Below, piece by piece: positions 13,470 to 26,143 of a stretch of 64,000 bases of DNA. The position numbers and the translations under genes are program-made. The stretch covers positions 66,340,001 through 66,404,000 of the forward strand of contig OZ024745.1 in the NCBI GenBank assembly GCA_964016885.1, given 5' to 3'. The notes beneath the pieces were generated by a model. It made no database searches. It was not told the DNA's origin and saw only the letters and a list, made by a program, of their open reading frames with translations. This DNA comes from Eledone cirrhosa. Lineage: Eukaryota. The first letter of the stretch is position 1, and every line of letters begins with the position of its first letter.

Positions 13470-15403
13470 GCTTTCTTTATTAACCACAAGGGTTGACACA
13501 AAGTATAATATTAAGGACAATACAGGACAATACAAATGGGGATTTCTGCATGTAAAAAAACAAAAACAGAGTGTGACAAAAGGAAACAATGAAAAATTCC
13601 CAATAGGGGGGAGAACTCCGAGGGTTGCTCGTGGAGAAAGCCCACAAGAAAAGCCATGGTTACCCTGACCGCTAGGGCAAATGCCCTCTTCAAGTTTTCC
13701 TCCTACAATGCTACAGGCACATGCTCAGGGTAGACCCATTCACACGGGCCATTCTTGCCTCTCTCACCCACCTTTCAACAAACTGGCTGGAGGTCAGCAC
13801 TTCCCTCTCCACCCTGATTTTCCTCTTCAGGTGAAACTTGAAAAAGTTAATGAGGGCATCACCGAAGAGGAAAGTACCGGTCCTCAACCCTTTCAGACGT
13901 GTCCACCATACAATCTCTTTTACCATGGCCACCAGGTAGATAAAAACTGCATGCCCTTCTCGGCTAAAGGAAGGCGGCGGGGCATTCTTCACGATGGACT
14001 CAGCTGATAGCCGGATCCGTTCTACATGTGACAGCAGGTGTTCGGCATAAACCCACAAATCAGCAATGCTCGGACACTGGACGAGTGCGTGCAGGACGGT
14101 TTCATGACCCTGTGCGCATCTCGGACAGGCTCGACTGACAGTGCTTCCATGCCCGTAGAGTTTATCCTGAACTGGCAAGGCTCCTCGGTAGCACTGCCAG
14201 GACAGGGATTTCTGGAAGTTGTCCATGGGCCTTGGCCTGAAAGACTCCTGGAGAGATTGGCTAGTTGGTTTTCGTCGATGCCTAGAGTCTCCCCAAGGAC
14301 GTTGTTGCTCTTTCCTTCAACTAATCCTTTATAGAAAGCCAATGTGGAGTTTCCAGCGCCTGAAGACATTCTAGTCTCCAAGCACTTCCTCTCGGTCTTC
14401 GCTTGACCCAGGACTGCAGCTCCGCCAAGGAGACAAGCTGGGGAAACAGGTGTCTAGCAAAGGGTGACCACACCTGATCACGGTCAAGGAAGAGGTAGAG
14501 ATGCCGTAGCCTGAGCGCATGTCTGTGCATCATCAGCCATGGCATGCCCAGCCCTCCGCGTTGCGGGTGTTGGCAGCAGATGGACCACCTGACCATCGGA
14601 ACACATCCCTTCCGCAAAAAGCGAAAGAGCAAACGCTCCAGTGCAGTTAGGCGAGGCTTAGGACAAGGTACAACGGTCAGGCGGTAGTAGATGACGGCCG
14701 CAATGTACGCATTCACCACCTCCGCTTGACCTTTCAGGGAAAGCTTCCTCTTGGCCCATTTCTGGGTGAGAGAAAACACCTTGCTTGTGACCTCCTCCCA
14801 ATTTTGTCCATCTGGAGGTCTGGACCGAACCAGACCCCTAGAAATTTAACCGGTCCGTCCGTCCAGTGCCCGATGACACTATTGGGTAGCATGGACCTGC
14901 CTCTCCAGGTGCCGAGTTGCAGGCCTACTGATTTTTCCTGGTTAATCATTGCTCCTGTCACTACCTCGTATTCTCTTAGTGTGGTGCCGATTGCCTCGAT
15001 GTGTTTGGTGTTCGACACCACTACGGTGATGTCGTCTGCATAAGCTGACACTGTTCTTCCACATCCTAGTTTACGCGGGATCCTCCTCCATGTCTCCAGT
15101 TTGTGCAGTAATGGCTTAAGAGTCAATACGTACAACAAGGATGAGAGAGGACATACCTGGCGGATCGAGTGCATGATATTGAATGGTTCCGAAAGGTGAG
15201 CGTTCACTCTCACCACAGAGCACATGTCGCTGTGCATGGCAGCAATCCAGCCTCTGAAGACAGGCCCAAAGCCAGCTGCTCTTAGGACTGCTCTCAGATA
15301 ACGATGGTTGACCCTATCGAAAGCTTTTGACTGATCTAAATTGATCAAAGACCCACCCATGCCAGGTACCCTAGCTACCTTCTCTACGATGTATCGCATG
15401 AGG
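13470..15403 (-). mobile_element. 5'-truncated Tx1-clade LINE (RT domains 3-7, C-terminal Zn finger, 3'UTR)
   Basis: LDQSKAFDRVNH, SAYADD and CPRC..ETVLHALVQC motifs; colinear with 36124-38099; 3' end abuts (AAT)3 at 13461-13469. Confidence 0.93.
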
Positions 15404-16569
15404 GTAATATCAACATTTTCTTCATCATCTAACATAAATAGCCGACTGAACAATCGATGAAAAACAAAATGTATGCAAGTCATGATGTGCTGGAAAAACG
15501 TTTGGAAGAACATTTTATCTAAGATCAACAATAACTCTTAATGACATTGATCATTTGTATATGTAATTTGAAAGCATGAATCCTTCAATTAATAAATGGA
15601 AACCAAACTATTATATTCAAAAGTCAAATATAATTGTAAAGTTTAAATATCAAACAGAAATCAATATGTACAGGTTTTTAATTACCTGCCACTTCCATCC
15701 CCACCAAAATTATTATCTTCAGTATGATAATCATCTTGTAATATTCCATATTTGAAAAGGAAATACAATGAGTCGCTTTTAATTAACATGTCAAATTTAA
15801 ATAATTTCCTTTCAAAATATTAATTATTTCTGTATAGATATCTGGAAATTTACTATATATGGTTCAGTATTCCATGAATTTATACAAATGAATTTATATG
15901 AATGTATATTTATTTTTATATTTTACCATTTAGTCAGAAAAAGAAGAATTGTGTCCCCAACAGGTTTTGGGGCTGCCAAAACATTAGGGAGATAGGGAGG
16001 AAAGAAAATATTTGCAAGCTGGATATATGGTCTAAACATTTTAGCAGTGGTACTCAAAGTGGAGACTCAAATATGTCACAGGAAAATTGTAGCTCAGAGC
16101 ACACTAACAATACTGTTAGTCCACCATCCACCACTTTATTCTTTTGACCTTGAAATGGTGAAAGTCAAAATTGAGCTTGGTAGGATTTGAATGCAGAGTG
16201 CAAGCAACCATAACATACTGAAATGGCTGTCAATTATTCTAACAGATTCACATACTTGTTATTTACCATTAGAACAATCTAGGAAGGGTGTATCACCTCA
16301 GGCATCTAATGTTATCTAAATCTAATATTTGATTGAGAGGTAACAGCTCTGATAAAATGACCATGTGTTTAGAATGTCTCAGGAAAGAATTGCTGGACAA
16401 GTTTTACAGGCTAAATCATCCTACAGAGGACCCAGAGGTAGACTCTAACCAAGATAGCTGGGTAACATCCATGAGCTTAGCTGATCTCGCCGGATCAGAA
16501 GGTGACGGTTGCTTCTAACAGAAGTTCTTGAATACTCTTCCCCAACAACCCTCTCAGGAATAAGTGGGT

Positions 16570-16889
16570 GAAGAAGAAGGGAAGAAGAAAAGAAGAGAAG
16601 AAAATAAGAAGAGAAGAAAAGAAGAAGAGAAGAAGAAAAGAAGAAGAGAAGAGAAGAAGAAGAGAAGAAGAGAAGAAGAGAAGAAGAATAAAAAGAAGAA
16701 GATGAGAAGAAGAAAAGAAGAAGAGAAGAAGAAAAGAAGAAGAAGAAGAAAAGAAAAAGAAAAGAAGAGAAGAAGAAAATAATAATAAGAAAATAAGAAG
16801 AAGAAAAGAAGAAAAAGAAAAAGAAGAAGAAAAGAAGAAGAAGAAGAAGAAGAAGAAGAAGAAGAAGAAGAAGAAGAAGAAGAAGAAGA
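16570..16889. repeat. (GAA)n / purine-rich low-complexity tract
   Basis: ~320 bp of almost only A/G, ending in perfect (GAA)n. Confidence 0.97.
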
Positions 16890-19800
16890 GCAAGATACAT
16901 CATTCTTCCCACCCAACAAACGCAATCCAAAACTTCAGAGTTGGTACCATTAATGTAGGCACTTTAAAAGGTCGCTCTAACGAGGTTGTAGAGATGCTTG
17001 AACGTAAGGAAGTTGATGTTTGTTGTGTTCAAGGGACCAGGTGGAGGGGTGGGTCTGCTAGATTTATTGTGGGTAAAAAACGATGCTATAAACTTTGCTG
17101 AGTGGGAAATGACAATGGGCTGGGTGGAGTAGGAATCATGTTAGCAGAAAAATGGGTAGATAAGATAATAGATGTAAATAGAGTGAACGACAGAATAATT
17201 AAAATAAGACTTGTCCTAAATAGAACTACTGTGACAATAATATCTGCATATGCACTCCAATCTGGACTGCCTGGAGGTATAAAAGACAGATTCTATGAGT
17301 CGCTAATGCTCACTACCTCCCAAATAACCGACAGTGACTACATAATTATTGCTGGCGACCTAAATGGTCATGTTGGACAACATTGTGACGGCTATGGGTT
17401 TGGTACTAGAAATGAGGAAAGCTCCAGAATCCTGGAATTCTGTGACGCAAATAACCAAACCATCTGTAACACAAACTTCAAAAAAACGAGACAATCATTT
17501 GATCACCTATAGATCAAGGGAACACACCAATCAGATAGATTATATCCTTCCAGAAGACATGACAGAGTGTCTGTTGTAAACACTAAATCCCTCCCCCCAT
17601 GAAGAATGCTCCTCCCAACATAGCCTCATAGTTAGCGACCTCATAGTCAGGAACAGATGTACTCGACAACAGAGGAGGACTACCCTAAGGAGAAGAATAT
17701 GGAAATTAAAGGGCCCCACAAGCCAGTAACAAATTTAAAAGCATATTACTTGATGCTTTTGACAGTAAGGAAGAGCAATTAGAGACGTAAAATATAGAGG
17801 AACAGTGGGAATTTCTGAAAGTTAACCTGCTGAAGGCGACAGATGAAATCTGTGGCTGGAGCAGACCTATAGGCAGGAGGAGAGTAACTTGGTGGTGGAA
17901 AAGTAAGGTGAAGGAGTCAATCAAGGCCAAAAAGCAGGCTTGGAAAGTATGGCAGGATGGGGGAAGTAGAGAACACTATCAAGTGGCCAGGAGGGAAGCT
18001 AGGAGACAAGTGTACTTTGCAGGAAGAAAAGCAGAGGAAAGAAAGTTCAAGCATGTTCTACAACGTGAGGACCAAAAACGTTAGGTGTTCAGGATTGCTA
18101 GGCAATGTGTCAAGGAAAACCTTGATATTGTCAGGAAGAAATGTGTCCGCAATGATGATCATGTACTTGCCATCACTGAAGCTGATAAGAAGGTAGCTTG
18201 GAAGTGTCACTACTAAATGAGGAGAATAAATGGGACAAAGATAGTCTGCCCCACATCGAACCAATAGAGGGACCAACAGTGCAAGTTGAAGGTAGTATAA
18301 TAAGTAAGGCAATCAAAGATATGAAGACAGGCAAGGCAGCTGGGCCTTCAGAGATGGTTGCTGAAATGCTGAAAGCATCTGGAATGGTGGGACACACTAT
18401 GGTCACCCGGATAGTAAACCAAGTCTTACAGAACGGGGTCATATCAAATGACTGGTGTAGCAGCATCATCATTAACTGCTACAAAGGTAAAGGAGATGCA
18501 CTAGATAGAGGAAACATTAAATTAATTGACCAGTTCATGAAGGTCGCAGAAAAAGTTATAGCGCAACTAATCAGAGAGCAAATTGATCTAGATGAAATTC
18601 AGTTTGGGTTTGTGTCAGGTAAAAATACCACAGACGCTCTTTTCATTCTACGACAACTACAGGAGAAGTTCCTAGCTAAATGTAAACCCCTATACTTAGC
18701 TTTTGTTGACTTGGAGAAAGCATTTGACAGAGTCCCCCGCTCCATTATCTGGTGGGCCCTTAGAAAACTAGGGGTTGATGAATGGCTTGTGAGAGCTATA
18801 CAAGCCATGTATAAAGAAACAGTCAGTAAGGTTAGAATTAACGAATATAGTGAAGAATTTAGCGTAAAAGTTGAATCGATGGCTGAACTAGAGAATAAAT
18901 TCCAAACATGGAAGCATGGCCTAGAATCAAAAGGCCTTAAAGTTAACTTGTCTAAGACTAAAGTTCTAGTATGTAGGAAAGAAAATAGGGCACAGGTGCC
19001 CTCGGGGAAATGGCCATGTTCAGTGTGTAGGAAAGGAGTAGGCAGAAATTCCATTTTATGTCCCAAATGCAAAGTATGGTTGCATAAAAGATGTAGTGGG
19101 ATCACAGGTAAGGTATCTAAGAACATAGATTTTATATGTGGCCGGTGCTCAGGGGCAATAAGTAGCAAGTGCCCATAAGATACTAGTTCCTTCCATTGCC
19201 CAGATGGCTCTATAGAAATAGTGGACACCTTCCGTTACCTGGGTGACAAAATCAGCAGTGGTGGAGGGTGCTCAGAAAGTACAGTAGCCAGAGTCGGAAC
19301 ATCATCATCATCATCATCATTTTATGTCCGCTTTTCCCTGCTTGCAAGGGTGGGATGGGAACTGATTCAGGCTTGATTTCTACAGCTGGATGCCCTTCCT
19401 AACACCAACCTCATTTACAGTGAGTACTGGGTGCTTTTTTGCCGTGGCACCTCCACGACCACTTTGCAGTGGAATGATATGGACCCCAGTCCCTATCATC
19501 TCATTTCTACAGCTGAGTAAACTGGAGCAATGTGAAATAAAGTGTCTTGCTCAAGGAAACAACACATCACCCGGTCTGAGAATTGAACTCACAACCTTTC
19601 GATTGCAAAGCCAATGCTTGAACCACTAAGCCATATGCCTCCATACGGGGATGGAAAAAGTTCAGAGAGCTTATACCACTATTGCCCACTAAAGGTTTCT
19701 GTCTAAAAATGAAAGGCAGACTGTATGATGCCTGCATACGAACAGCTATGTTACATGGCAGTGAGACATGGGCATTGTGTGCAGAGGATCTGTGCAGACT

Positions 19801-20530
19801 GGAGAGGAACGAAGCATGCATGGATGTGTAATAGTAATATACGTGAACAGCAAAGCATAAATGAACTAAGTGAGAAATTAGGTATAAGAGGGATCAGATG
19901 CTGTTTACTCGAGAGAAGACTACGTTGGTATGGTCACATGATGCGCATGAAAGACGACAGCTGTATAAAAAAGTGCAGGGCGATCAAAATTGACGGAAGT
20001 TACGGAGTAGGCAGACCCAGAAAAACCTGGGACGATTTGATAAATTCCGCCTTACACACTTACACCTCTCTAAGACAATGTCACTGGACCGAGATCTTTG
20101 GCGCTATGCAGTAATACAGAAGACCCGCCTTACTTAAGTACAAAGCGAAACCTACAGTCAGTAGGCACCTCTTAATCAAATATACACTCCCATCCCACTA
20201 CCCCAACTCCCCCACCCCCATCAACACCACCCCTTTCTCTGTAAAGTTATGCTGGTACCACAACATCCAGTCCTAAATAAATGAGGTCGTGTTGGTGTCA
20301 CAAAAAAAAACACACACAGTCCACGCTGTAATGTGGCCGTGTAGGTAACACAGTAAAAAACTCCCAGTCCACACTGTAAACGTGGTTGGTGTTAGGAAGG
20401 GCATCCAACCGCAGAAAACCTGCCAGACAGTCCTATACGAGCGAGACGTCCAATCTTGCCGCAAGTGGGACAATTCCCGTCTAAACCCATGCTAGCGTGG
20501 AAGATAGACGTTAAACGATGATGATGATGA
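16890..20530 (+). mobile_element. Near full-length degenerate RTE-clade LINE (APE endonuclease, RT, PHD-like finger, 3'UTR, (GAT)n tail), interrupted by a SINE
   Basis: GTINVGTLKG, GGVGI, AGDLNGHVG, NQIDYIL (EN); FVDLEKAFDRVPR (RT); C..C/C..C...H..C/C..C finger; RRLRWYGH..R, GRPRKTW; tail CCCATGCTAGCGTGGAAGATAGACGTTAAACGATGATG. Confidence 0.93.
19299..19642 (-). mobile_element. SINE family A, full-length, nested in the RTE ORF
   Basis: tRNA head GGAGGCATATGGCTTAGTGG..GAGTTCAATTCTC through to the (GAT)n tail; RTE coding sequence resumes on both sides (..ARVG | GWKKFRELI..). Confidence 0.92.
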
Positions 20531-21121
20531 TAACCAAGCCAAAGTTATATGCCTTTTATATATCTACTGTTCCTCGAAGTTGAAAAGAGTGAGAAATCAC
20601 TGGTAAGGAAGCAGATCATTTGAAGAAACAGCATTGAAATTTGCTAACAACAAAACCAGAACAGCTGTTCATAGTACTGCAACGACATATATATATAACA
20701 AAACAATGAAAATACCCCAACCACTTTCTATAAATAACTTATTTAGATATTTTAAATCACAATTTGTGAAATATAGCAATGTTTATTATCAGTTTCTAAC
20801 ATACTATTTTTGGCAAGAGTGACACAATGGTGTCAGTAATTTGATGTATTTAAAGGGACTTTATTCTTATTCTATCTAATTAACAAATCTACCAAAAAAG
20901 ATAAGCTATGTTCAGAAACGTTGTCTAGCCAAAAGTTATCTTTATTATCCAAATTTGTGAAACTTATTGCACCATTCCTCACATATAGAATGTATGCAAA
21001 ATAAAAGTAAAGGTAGAATGGTAGATTGTATTTAACTCAATCTACGATTTAGATTTTACTAAACTTTAATTATTATCATATTTTTGGTCCACAATGCAAA
21101 GCCAGGAGTACTGTTAGTTTA

Positions 21122-21175
21122 AAAGAAATATTTTAAACCAGTTTTATTAAGAATACTGGTTTAAAATATTTCTTT
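21122..21175. repeat. Perfect 21-bp inverted repeat with 12-nt loop
   Basis: AAAGAAATATTTTAAACCAGT / ACTGGTTTAAAATATTTCTTT. Confidence 0.9.
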
Positions 21176-22731
21176 CTTGAAGATGTTGCCATAAGAAAAA
21201 CAATGAAAATAAATTAATTCAAAAAATTTTGTAAAATATTTTTCAACTTATTTTTCAGATATCACCAGCTTTAAAATTTTATGACAATCCGTTTTAAAAA
21301 ATGATAAAATATTTTGCAAAACCTGAAATTATCCAGGATTATTCATTTAGAAATTTCAGAAAAATTATATCAAACTTTGAAATTTTGGTTTATCTTTTAA
21401 AAATATCATTATACAATACAATATTATCAGCAGAAACCGTATGAGTGAAATGTATCAAATAAATCCATTTTTTTGTTGGGGGGGGGGGGGGGGGTATAAA
21501 AAAATATTAAACATTTTTATAACATTTTGTAGTTATGAAGTTCAGCCAGCTAAAACTTTAAATATTTTATTTTAAAAAAAATGTCATTCATCTTAGTGCA
21601 TTCCGACCTGCTGTGGAAATATCCTATCATGACATATAAAAAATGTACTTTAAAGTATTTGACATTTATTTCTGTCAATATATGTTGTTAGAAACAACAA
21701 TGAGATGAGATCTGTAGACATCACTCAGTGGTCTAAAGAAACTGAAAGCTTTTGAGAATTAAGAAAAAAAAATGCAAGAATTCTTTTTCCTTTCATAAAA
21801 AAATGCTTTCGAACCTAGTAAAATATTGTCTCAAACTTATCTCGTGCTTATTTAGTACAATGAAAGATATTGATAGAATAAACTGCATTTGCTTCTTTAA
21901 AAACTTAAAATACTTTATAACAAGTCATAATATCACACTAATTCCAAAATCATATTTTCAGTGAATAGAATTATATTCAAGTATTATAGAGAAAAGTTGA
22001 TTTGCATTATATTTATCAAAATTACCACTCATTTTCCATATTTCTATCCAATCGATTGCTTTACAAAGTAAATTATGAGAGCCATTTATTTAAGGCTGAC
22101 TAGGCTGAAGCTTAGGAACACTGCTGGGTCAAGCAATGTTTTTTTTATGCTCTTTTGCAGTAGAGGTTGTGATGGTTAAAGATTTAGGTGTCACAGGGAG
22201 GTGCAAAATACCCAAAAGCCTATGCACCTGGCTATAGAATAATACTGTCCCCAAACCAAGGTTAAAATAAAAGAAAACGAAAAACCCACATGACAACTTT
22301 AAATAAGAATTCAGTAGGTTTTTAAATAATCTATCACTATTTAGAGCCTCCACCACTTAAATCAGTAATGTTTCATGTGGTTTCATGTGGTTTCATTCAT
22401 AACAGTCGTTTTTCTGTCATTGCCATTATCGTCATCTATCTATCACATTGGACATTTTAACTTTTTAAAAAGGACGTTACAAAATCAATGTAGGCAGAAA
22501 TATATATACATAAAATGGTGTGATGGCTCAAGTGTATCAGGATGTCCATTGGGGATTACAGCTACATGGAAAATCATAACTGAAGATACACAATTCTTGA
22601 ATTATTTATTTTGGAGCATACTAACATGTGCATAAATATGGTTATATATGGTGTACATATGAATAATATGGATACATATTGCATACACACACACACATAT
22701 ATATATATAGTAATAATAATAAATATATATA

Positions 22732-24252
22732 TCATCATCATCATCACCGTTTTACGTCCGTTCTTCCACGCTAGCATGGGTTAGACGGGTTGTCCTGTTG
22801 TGTGCAGTGTCTGGTCGGCTGACCATGCCTTGCTCATACAGGAACTGATCTGGCTTGATTTCTACAGCTGGATGCCCTTCCTAACAGCAACCTCATTTAC
22901 AGTGAGTGCTGGGTGCTTTTTCGTGGCGCCTACACGTCCACTTTACAGTGTGGGCTGGGTGCTTTTTTGCCGTGGCACCTCCACGACCACCTTGCGGTGG
23001 GGGGTGTGGGGGCATATTGTTTATATGCTTCAGCATGTACCCATGGGAGGTCGGGTACTCTGTATTACTGCGTGACGCCAGAAGTCACGGTCGTGTGTCA
23101 TTGTCTTTGAGAGGTGTAATTGGGTAAGGTCGGCTTTTATCACCTCATCCCAGGTCATCTTGGGTCTCCCCACTCCGCGGTTTCCATCAACTTCTAGTGC
23201 TCTGCACCTTTTTATGCAGCTGTCATCCTTCATATGCATCACATGTCCATACCAGCGCAACCGCCTCTCCTGCACACAGCATTTGATTCCTCTTATGCTC
23301 AGTCTCTCTCTCAATTCATTTATGCATTGTCGTTCACGTATATTACTGTTACACATCCATCGGAGCATGCAGGCTTCGTTTCTTTCTAATCTACATAAGT
23401 CTTCCACCTTCAGCGCCCAGGTCTCACTACCATGCAACATCACTGTTCGGATACACGCATCATACAGTCTGCCTTTCATTCTGAGGGAGAAGCCTTTTGC
23501 AGCTAGCAGTGGTAGTAGTTCCCTAAACTTCTTCCATCCCGTTCTTACCCTAGTTATTGTACTTTCTGAACACCCACCTCCGTTGCTAATTCGGTCACCT
23601 AGGTAGCAGAAGCTGTCTACTGTTTCTACAGGGCTCTCCCTGAGATTGGTGGTACTTGTTTCCTGTGGCTGTTTGCTGCTTGCTGTTTCAGCACAGCTGC
23701 TGCATGTGAATCCTACATTCTTAATTAAGCTTCCTGAGATCCCGCTACATCTCTTGTGTACCCATTGTTTGCATTTGGGGCAAAGAATGGAGTTCCTACC
23801 TACACCTTTCCTACATACTGAGCAAGGCCATTTCCCTGAGGGGATCTGGGTTCTGTTTTCTCGTCTACTTACAAGGACCTTAGTCTTTGTCATGTTGACT
23901 TTGAGACCCTTTCTCTCTAGTCCCTGCTTCCAGGTTTGGAATTTATTCTCTAGTTCTATCATAGATTCAGCTATGAGTGCAAGGTCATCAGCATACAGGA
24001 GTTCCCATGGGCATCCGGTCTTAAATTCCTCCGTTATTGCCTGCAGGACTATGATGAACAGGAGAGGGCTAAGAACAGAGCCCTGGTGGACCCCAACCTG
24101 TACGCTAAATTCCTCGCTATACTCATTGCTAATCCTAACTTTGCTGACTGCTCCCCTATACATGGCTTGTACCGCTTTCACAAGCCATTCATCTACTCCT
24201 AGTTTTCTAAGAGCCCACCAGATTACAGCACGTGGAACTCTGTCAAAGGCCT
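22732..24252 (-). mobile_element. 5'-truncated young RTE LINE, open frame from RT domain 3 to stop (QG, YADD, PHD-like finger)
   Basis: ORF 23030-24252: AFDRVPR..GVHQGSVLSPLLF..LLYADD..CSVC..CPKC..HKRC..CSSC..YLG..GRPKMTW; 3'UTR and (GAT)n tail; flanked by (TA)n. Confidence 0.95.
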
Positions 24253-24274
24253 CTATATATATATATATATAGGT

Positions 24275-24396
24275 CATCATAGCATACAGTTTAATCTTCT
24301 TTAGTTTCAATATGTAAAATTATAGCATACAGTTTAATCAGTTTAATACATCATAGCATACAGTTTAATCTTCTTTAGTTTCAATATGTAAAATTA
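24275..24396. repeat. 48-bp direct duplication with partial internal copies
   Basis: CATCATAGCATACAGTTTAATCTTCTTTAGTTTCAATATGTAAAATTA at 24275-24322 and 24349-24396. Confidence 0.9.
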
Positions 24397-25951
24397 TTCA
24401 CCCTTTACTTTTACAAAAGTTACTATCTCATGGCAAATGTACAAAAATTTACTTAGACCACAAGCAAGTAAATAAAATTAAGACTAGATTAATATAAATT
24501 TAGACCATATGTTTTCCAAAGTAAACCAAAATCAACAGTCTTATTTAGAAATGTTTTTTTTTTTTATCTATCTTAAATACATTAAGCTTCTACTATCTTA
24601 AAGTATATAAGTTAAATTTCAAAGTCTTATGTCTCTCATCTACAAATTAGAAATAACGCCAAATTTTCCCAAATACTTCCTATATATATAAAGCAGAATT
24701 GCATGATGCCTGTGCGCATATGGAAATGCTGTATGAAGTGACACTAAGACTTTGTGTTAGGAGGAATTATGATGATTGATATAAAATCAGTTGGGCATGC
24801 TCTGATGTATCTGTAATAGTAGTATATGTAAGTTATGAAGCATAAATTAGCTAAGAGAAAAACTGAGCATGAGAGAGATTGGATGCAGTGTACCAGTGAG
24901 TTGACTGTTATAGAGCACTCAAAGTCAATGGATTCTATCATTCTATCGAAAGGAATGACCCGGTAGAATTGAAGATGATGTGGTGAAAGCTGACCCCATG
25001 TAGCTGAACCTCAAAGGAAATGGCTGAGAATCGAGTTCACTGACAACTGCAATAGACTCACCTTTCCAGGGAAGCAGAATGCAATCAGCATAAGGAGAAT
25101 GGGCTCCACCTTTTTGTATGCTCCCAACTCTAACTCCCCACCTACCTCCTCCACATTATGCCCAAAGATGTAGAGAGGTTGTACAAAGTTCACATTCTCC
25201 TACTCCCATTTGCCTGCCAGTAGATTCCCAATTTCCCCACCTATCCTTCAGGTATACTCCTGATTTCCTTTCCTTCTTTCCCACACCCTAAAATCAAAGA
25301 AAGAGAGAGGTAGAAGAACTTTCAGGTTTCTGCCTGCCTATATAGCCATCACTTCGCTGCATCTTCTTCCTTGTTTAACCCTGCTAGTGTGAAAAACTAG
25401 GACAAATCTTACTTGATTCACCCTACCTACCAAACACATGCTCTGCTCCACAGACATACTTCCCCATCAAACCCAGGCCAATATAGAAGGCTAAGAAGTA
25501 GATCCTAATCTAGAAAGCAAGCCAAAATGGTCTGTAAAGTGACAGTGGTGATGCCAAAACAAAAAGCACTCAGTTCACCCTGTAAGGTGTTGTACTCGGA
25601 TGCAGCCTGTCCACCTTGTAAGGTGGTAATGCCGACGTGACAAAATGCTCAGCATAAAACAATTCATCTCACACAAACAAACATGAAAAAAATTGATGTT
25701 AAATGGTGATGATGATGATGTAAACATATTCAGTCAATATCTGTAAAATGTATCTATGTACATAATCTATATCAATGTTATGCATTTTGTAAGTTTTCAT
25801 GTAGTAAATTTTTTAGTAGTTTTCATGTTTTCAGTTATATGCATAGTAAAGTTTTAATTTACACTATATCAGATTTTTTGTTAGTAATTTGCAGGTTCAT
25901 CAATTTTAGATATATTTTAATAACTTTGGGGTATTTAAAAAATATAACAAA

Positions 25952-26143
25952 ATAATTGTCTCTACTTTAGGCACAAGGCCAGCAATTACCCAGTGCATTA
26001 CTGGTACTTTATTTTATCGACCCCGTAAGGATGAAAGGCAAAGTCAAGCTCGGCTTGATTTGAACTCAGATCGTAAAGGGACGTAACTATGCTGGAAAGC
26101 ATGGCATCCGACCCTCTACTGATACTGCCAATCCACCGCCCAA
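25952..26143 (-). mobile_element. SINE family B
   Basis: Same head, core and tail as 2152-2343. Confidence 0.88.

Noticed and set aside
18860-18880. Idea that the 126-nt RT deletion is a spliced-out cryptic intron
   Set aside because: The GT..AG boundaries visible in the intact copy would give a different, frameshifted junction from the one observed.
23160-24272. Plus-strand ORFs of 148 and 208 aa (also 18599-19228, 35171-35803, 38055-38732, 40122-40640)
   Set aside because: Antisense shadows of retrotransposon ORFs with no independent motifs.
24730-25500. Purine/pyrimidine-skewed patches resembling ancient LINE remnants (also ~4260-4480 and ~6660-6900)
   Set aside because: No diagnostic peptide motif could be read, so they are not called.
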